Positions 59,901 to 64,000 of a stretch of 64,000 nucleotides of DNA are shown piece by piece (position 1 is the stretch's first letter; every line of letters starts with the position of its first letter). The stretch covers positions 3,680,001 to 3,744,000 of the forward strand of contig OZ223209.1 of the NCBI GenBank assembly GCA_965140415.1. The letters are read 5' to 3'. The notes under the pieces were generated by a model. It made no database searches, was not told where the DNA came from, and saw only the letters and a list, made by a program, of their open reading frames with translations. The stretch is from Myxococcota bacterium (GTDB lineage Bacteria > Myxococcota_A > SURF-8). The translations under genes were made by a program, and so were the position numbers.

Positions 59901-59983
59901 GAATTCGCCAGATCCAGCGATGCCTGGATACCCGCGATTCCTCCGCCGGCCACCATAACAGCGCCGATTGCCTTCTTCTCCAT
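56957..59983 (-). CDS. hdrA: Heterodisulfide reductase subunit A (long form)
   Basis: GGGIAG, LDKTFPTNDC..C, QCVGSR twice, CSSVCC, GVFVCHCG, second FAD motif GGGFSG, C-terminal ferredoxin motifs. Confidence 0.93.
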   Translation of the reverse strand: MEKKAIGAVMVAGGGIAGIQASLDLANSGYKVYLVEKASSIGGVMAQLDKTFPTNDCSMCIMSPKLVEVGRHKNIEILTLADIKDIQGEKGNFTVEILQHPRYVDMDKCIACGMCVQKCPSKVDDAYNAGLGKRKAIHILYPQAVPLKYVIDAEHCIKLTKGKCGTCARVCPKGAINYEDTEKTVKLNVGSIIMAPGFETFKADALIQYGYSKYPNVVTSIEFERLLSASGPTQGHVARPSDHEEPKKIAWLQCVGSRDVHNAERSHCSSVCCMYAIKEAIITKEHGPDVDCTLFYMDMRTHGKDFEACYNDAREKHGINFIRTRIHSVIPDDKDNLVLTYVQDDGTMATDTYDLVVLSVGLQTSPEMVEMSNKFGLDLTPSNFCKTDSFSPVSTSRDGIYACGAFQGPKDIPQSVVDASSAALCAGADIADARGTLITKEEPTAEIDVSNERPRVGVFVCHCGKNIGGVVDVPAVKDYAATLPFVEYATDNLYTCSQDTQDAIASVIKEYKLNRIVVAACSPKTHEPLFQETMAAAGLNKYLFEFANIRNHVSWVHKDDTEAATQKSKDLVRMAVAKVTFLSQLTEAELEINQNVMVIGGGFSGLTAARSLSRQGYHVDLIEREAELGGQSRQLFLTWLGENIQDNLKSLIAEVEGDANIDVHTGTTLKEVDGFVGNFTSTLQKGDLTAQIKHGVAIIATGAKPFETTEYMYGKHAAVITHQDLDMKFMNEDPALDEMKSAVFIQCVGSREPERPYCSRVCCTHTVKSAIRLKEKNPELKVYVLYRDVRTYGERERLYQKARELGVIFIRFSVDNKPVVEEKDGVLTVTVEDHVLHRPLEISTDMLVLATAIVPYKDSALAQMFKVSMNGDGFFLESHVKLAPSDFATDGVFLCGMAHYPKPIDEAIAQAQAAASRATTLLARERIRISGQIAYVNPADCSSCGVCVDVCPYNAPTLIKEGPNAGKSEINPMVCKGCGLCVASCRSGAINLRGFEEDQLMVQIMEAI

Positions 59984-60017
59984 ATTACCTCTCCTGTTCT
60001 ACAAACAGATGCAGCTT

Positions 60018-61313
60018 CTACAAACCAACGGTTTTCAGATCGCTTCCCAGATAAATGCGCTCTTCCGAGCTGAGCACGCCCAACGACAAGGCGAGAATCG
60101 TCCACAGATGGACGGTCTTGTAGTTGCCGTCGTAGTGATCCGCCAGTTCATGAATCTGCGAATGGCAGTTATGACACGGCGTGATGCAGTAATCCGCACC
60201 CGTGGCAACGATCTGATCGAATTTCACTTTTCCGTATTCGAAACGCTCTTTGGCGTAAGGGGTCTGAATGGAGCCACCGCCACCGCCGCAGCAGAAGTTG
60301 TTGACGCCGTTGGGTGCCATATCCACGAAGTTTTCTTCACCGACACAGGCCTTGATGACGTAACGCAGGCTTTCAGAGAAATACCAGCCCAGCGATTTAC
60401 GGCTGGCGTTACAGGGGTCCTGGCAGGTGAACTTGATACCCAGTTCCTTGTTCCATTCGGTAGAGGGTTTCAGCTTCCCTTCCTTGATCCATTCCGCATA
60501 CAGTTCAACGATGTGCTTGAACTTGAATTTATGCTCGATGTTGAACTTTCTCAATCCACCCCAGATCGCGTAGAAGGAGTGACCGCATTCGGTATTGATG
60601 TAATACTCGCAGCCGAGTTCGTTATCGATGTAGTTGACCTGCTCCCTGATGATGTGCTCCCAGTTCTCATCATCGGCCAGGAACATGCAGTAGTTTTCAC
60701 CGCCCCACATATGGCTCGGATACGTCCAGTCCGCATCCACCATGTGCAGGATCTTCCACAGCGGCATCATCTCTTCCGGTTCCAACACCGGTTCGCGGCT
60801 GTTCTGGTTCAGGCAGTATTTCGCGCCCTTTTTGTCGATGTTCGCCTGAAGTTCGGCGAAATTCGGCTCGGCCTCGTGCAGTTCGTCTCGAACATCCTCA
60901 ACGACGAACTCGAAGTCCTCTTTCGGGATACCCATCGCGCCGCCATTGGACTGAAGGTGCTTGTCGCAGGAACCCAGAATTCCTTTGGGGCGTTCTTCGC
61001 GCGGCACCAGGGTGCGAGCGAAATACACCAGACCGGGAATATCGACATCCATCGGGCAGGCCGAGACGCAACGCTGACACAGGGTACATACCCACAGCCA
61101 GTCGGAGTTCATGACCTCTTCGTCCATTCCAAGCAGAACCATCCGCAGGAACTTGCGAGGGTCCAAATCATCAGCCAGACCGCTGGCCGGGCAACCGCTG
61201 GTGCATGTCGCACATGTGTAGCAACGATCGAGATTTCCACCGTTGGGCAGGATCTCCATCGCCTTCATCTTCAACTTACTTGTTTTTTCCGTGACTCGAA
61301 CAGGATGTCCCAT
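60018..61313 (-). CDS. HdrC-like ferredoxin fused to CCG domain (HdrD/GlpC-like Fe-S protein)
   Basis: CYTCATCTSGCP, CTLCQRCVSACP, TECGH, DPCN, CCGGGGG, PCHNC; start ATG 61313 (RBS AAGGAG). Confidence 0.85.
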   Translation of the reverse strand: MGHPVRVTEKTSKLKMKAMEILPNGGNLDRCYTCATCTSGCPASGLADDLDPRKFLRMVLLGMDEEVMNSDWLWVCTLCQRCVSACPMDVDIPGLVYFARTLVPREERPKGILGSCDKHLQSNGGAMGIPKEDFEFVVEDVRDELHEAEPNFAELQANIDKKGAKYCLNQNSREPVLEPEEMMPLWKILHMVDADWTYPSHMWGGENYCMFLADDENWEHIIREQVNYIDNELGCEYYINTECGHSFYAIWGGLRKFNIEHKFKFKHIVELYAEWIKEGKLKPSTEWNKELGIKFTCQDPCNASRKSLGWYFSESLRYVIKACVGEENFVDMAPNGVNNFCCGGGGGSIQTPYAKERFEYGKVKFDQIVATGADYCITPCHNCHSQIHELADHYDGNYKTVHLWTILALSLGVLSSEERIYLGSDLKTVGL

Positions 61314-62198
61314 GAAGCACACTCCTTCGATTGAATTACCAACCTGAACCATCATTCACACTGAGTGAACACTCATTCACAAATTATAAAGACCTTAACA
61401 ACCCATCGCCATGATATGAATCATCGCAGCGGTAAAACAAAGAATCACATTTCAAATCGTGGAACTTTTCTCCAGCAACCGTATGTGGAGAAGCTCGGAA
61501 CGTCAGTTGACGTATGGAGACGGGCACCACTTCCGTACACATCTCCATTATGATGCATTGCAGCATGACGCATTTTTCATAATCGAGATGTGCTATCCAT
61601 ATACTACCATTAAAGAGGGAATAACAAGTGAGAAATTGATATGTTACTCATTTCCTGTAATTATAAATTTTTCTTATGTGTTTCATAGTAATACCAAGTA
61701 AAACGCCCTGCAACAACGCGCCGCAGCATGTTGTTTATGCAGTCTTTTCATGATCTTATATACTAATCATAATTTTTACTATTACTTTCATTCCTACCGC
61801 ATCAATTCCTGTCATTTCTTGTCGTCATTACCTAGTTTTCCCACTTCATTAGGATCTTTTTTTTACTTGGAGACAGTTGACCATGTGTCTCGAGATGACA
61901 ACTTCTCTGCTTTCGACAAACTCGAATTCTCCGGTATGACATGCAATGTGATGTCCGATGCTTTTGCATAAATCTGCTCCAAGCCCAAGTCTTCAAAACG
62001 AAATCAAAATAAATGGGAAAATCCTTCATTTCTCCATTACAATACTTTTGGGATGATTTTTCTTGAAGAATCGATCCAATTCTTGTTCACGTTTTCGGTT
62101 TTGCAGCATTTTTGCAGACCGATCCGATGAAGCCACGAAACGTGAAAATGTAATTGCCATTTCCAACTTTGATGTTTGCATATTGTGGAGTCTCGAAA

Positions 62199-64000
62199 AT
62201 GCCACTTCCCGCTTCGCTTGATAACCCTTCAAATACCGATGAAACAATACTCCCCGTTGAAAATTCCGACTTCACCATCCTGGTAGTGGATGACCTCCCG
62301 GAGTTTCGACATTTTCTTTTCCGCTCACTCCAGAAAGAAGGATACCGCGTATTTGAAGCGGAAACGGTTTCAGATGCCCAAACCATCCTGGATGCCGAAA
62401 AAATCGATGTCGTTCTCTCCGATATCAACATGCCAGGAAAAGATGGTCTTGCGTTACTACGTGACATGAAAGTCACGCACCCCAAAGTTCCTCTCATTCT
62501 CATTACAGGAAAACCTTCGATTACCACTGCGATCGATGCGGTCCATCAGGGAGCATTCGATTATCTACAGAAACCCTGTCCCCGTGTCGTGATGAATGAA
62601 ACCGTAGCAAGAGCGATCCAGAAACGAGCGCTGTTTCTGTCCGAAAAGAAGCAACTCATCGAGGCTCAACAGGCCAAACGAAAATTCGAAGAGCAGTTTC
62701 ACCACGCAAAAAAAATGGAAGCGATCACCAAAATGGCTGGGGGAATCGCACACGATTTCAACAATCTGCTCACCGGAATCATGGGTAACGCCGATCTGGC
62801 CATGGACGAATTGGAAAAGAATCACCCTGTACGGGAATACATGAAAGATATCATGGATATCGCCGACCGTGCAGCGGATATGACCCGACAGATGCTGGCT
62901 TTCAGCAGAAAGCGTGTCAGCGAGCCCAAGGTACTCAATATAAATGCGCTTCTTGAAAATCTGCGCAAATTGATCGGACAAATGATCGGTTCCAGTATCG
63001 AATTGAATATGGAACTCAACCGGCACGTCGGAAACATCAAAGTCGATCCGGGCCAAATGGAACAAGCCATTATCAACCTGGTTATTCACGCGAAATCCGT
63101 CATGCCCGAAGGGGGGCAACTGTCCATCACGACTTCCGAGCAAGATCTGAAAGATGATGATTTCATCATGGATTCACCCGTCGTGGCAGGAAAATACGTG
63201 ACCGTAACGATACAGGACAACGCGCTCGCTATGAATAATGAAACCCGGAAGAACATTTTCGAACCGGTTTTCAATAACGAAACGCTGAATATGGCAAATG
63301 GACTGGGGCTGTCTATCGTTCATGGGATCGTCAAGCAGCATAACGGTGATATCGACGTGACATCCCAACCAGGAAAAGGTAATACCTTTACAATATACCT
63401 ACCAAGGACATTAGAAGCCATCGATCCTTTGGCAAAACAAAGCCGTCGTGACAAGTTCCAGAGAGGAACGGAAACCATTCTCTTTGTGGATGACAATGAG
63501 ACAGTACGCAATGCCGGTGTTCTGTTACTAAAACGGCTTGGGTATCGGGTTTTGGATGCAGAGGATGCCGAACAGGCACTAAGCCTGGCTGATAACTATC
63601 AACTCCCTATTCACTTGCTGTTTACCGACGTTATGATGCCAAAAATGAACGGCAAAGAACTCGCAGCCAAATTCACAGAAAAGCGCCCGGAATGCCGCGT
63701 TCTCTATACCTCTGGATATGTGGATGGAGACGTCATCCAGAAAGGAATTCTTTCTGAAGACGCACAGATTTTGAACAAGCCTTTCGATATATCCGACTTG
63801 TCCGTAAAAGTGCGAGCCATTCTCGATGAAACCGATTCAAATGAGTTCTCAGGTTTAAACAACGGCGTTAAAGCAAGCGGACTTCCAGTTTCAATAGTTG
63901 CGGATTCCGAATCTGGCGAGATACCGCAAATCACATTGGTAGATGTTGTCTTTGGTCTGAACAAAGCCATCGATCTGGTCAGTCCCACCTTGGTGGATCA
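62199..64000 (+). CDS. Hybrid REC-HisKA-(degenerate HATPase)-REC protein, probably continuing into HD-GYP (partial)
   Basis: Not in ORF track; hand-translated from ATG 62199 (RBS GGAG): ILVVDD, SDINMPG, AGGIAHDFNNLL, ILFVDD, TDVMMPKMNG, then LNKAIDLVSPTLVD at the edge. Confidence 0.85.
   Translation, partial: MPLPASLDNPSNTDETILPVENSDFTILVVDDLPEFRHFLFRSLQKEGYRVFEAETVSDAQTILDAEKIDVVLSDINMPGKDGLALLRDMKVTHPKVPLILITGKPSITTAIDAVHQGAFDYLQKPCPRVVMNETVARAIQKRALFLSEKKQLIEAQQAKRKFEEQFHHAKKMEAITKMAGGIAHDFNNLLTGIMGNADLAMDELEKNHPVREYMKDIMDIADRAADMTRQMLAFSRKRVSEPKVLNINALLENLRKLIGQMIGSSIELNMELNRHVGNIKVDPGQMEQAIINLVIHAKSVMPEGGQLSITTSEQDLKDDDFIMDSPVVAGKYVTVTIQDNALAMNNETRKNIFEPVFNNETLNMANGLGLSIVHGIVKQHNGDIDVTSQPGKGNTFTIYLPRTLEAIDPLAKQSRRDKFQRGTETILFVDDNETVRNAGVLLLKRLGYRVLDAEDAEQALSLADNYQLPIHLLFTDVMMPKMNGKELAAKFTEKRPECRVLYTSGYVDGDVIQKGILSEDAQILNKPFDISDLSVKVRAILDETDSNEFSGLNNGVKASGLPVSIVADSESGEIPQITLVDVVFGLNKAIDLVSPTLVD

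Noticed and set aside
56948-60073. 1041-aa plus-strand ORF (also 54607..56079, 60009..61334, 53570..54460)
   Set aside because: Antisense shadows of the strongly codon-biased hdr-flx genes; no recognisable motifs.
53597-61313. Selenocysteine recoding in hdr/flx genes
   Set aside because: All frames are open with Cys codons; no in-frame TGA.
62565-63988. Short minus-strand ORFs at the right edge
   Set aside because: Antisense to the continuous plus-strand hybrid kinase frame.

Overview
Chromosomal window (about half G+C, with AT-rich intergenic stretches) from a diderm, probably anaerobic deltaproteobacterial/Myxococcota-like bacterium. The lineage is inferred from a PEGA-domain Ser/Thr kinase, AgmX/PglI-type domains, many Cys-rich lipoproteins and an Hdr-Flx operon. 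Left to right: partial dnaE; a degenerate HprK-related kinase; a tightly coupled 7-gene operon (long-form GlmL/MutL-type ASKHA ATPase, a sandwich-hybrid/KOW protein, four membrane proteins) with no glutamate mutase genes; an HTH fused to a dead nucleotidyltransferase; a block of Cys-rich, DGD-linker lipoproteins around lspA-lgt; TPR plus two AgmX/PglI-domain genes; a DUF2975-XRE pair; a radical SAM/SPASM enzyme followed by a repeat-bearing lipoprotein and a cupin; ABC-F; DEAD-box helicase; PIG-L; DUF1460 amidase; TPP enzyme; MFS; a giant Cys-rich lipoprotein; a collagen-like protein; the Ser/Thr kinase; an OmpR-family two-component pair; an orphan ~170-nt hairpin resembling an ssDNA promoter; an hdr-flxDCBA operon; and a partial hybrid pseudo-kinase probably fused to an HD-GYP domain. 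No rRNA, tRNA, CRISPR array or transposase was seen. The best candidates for undescribed systems are the GlmL-membrane operon and the rSAM-lipoprotein-cupin locus. All family assignments come from motif recognition by eye, not database searches.
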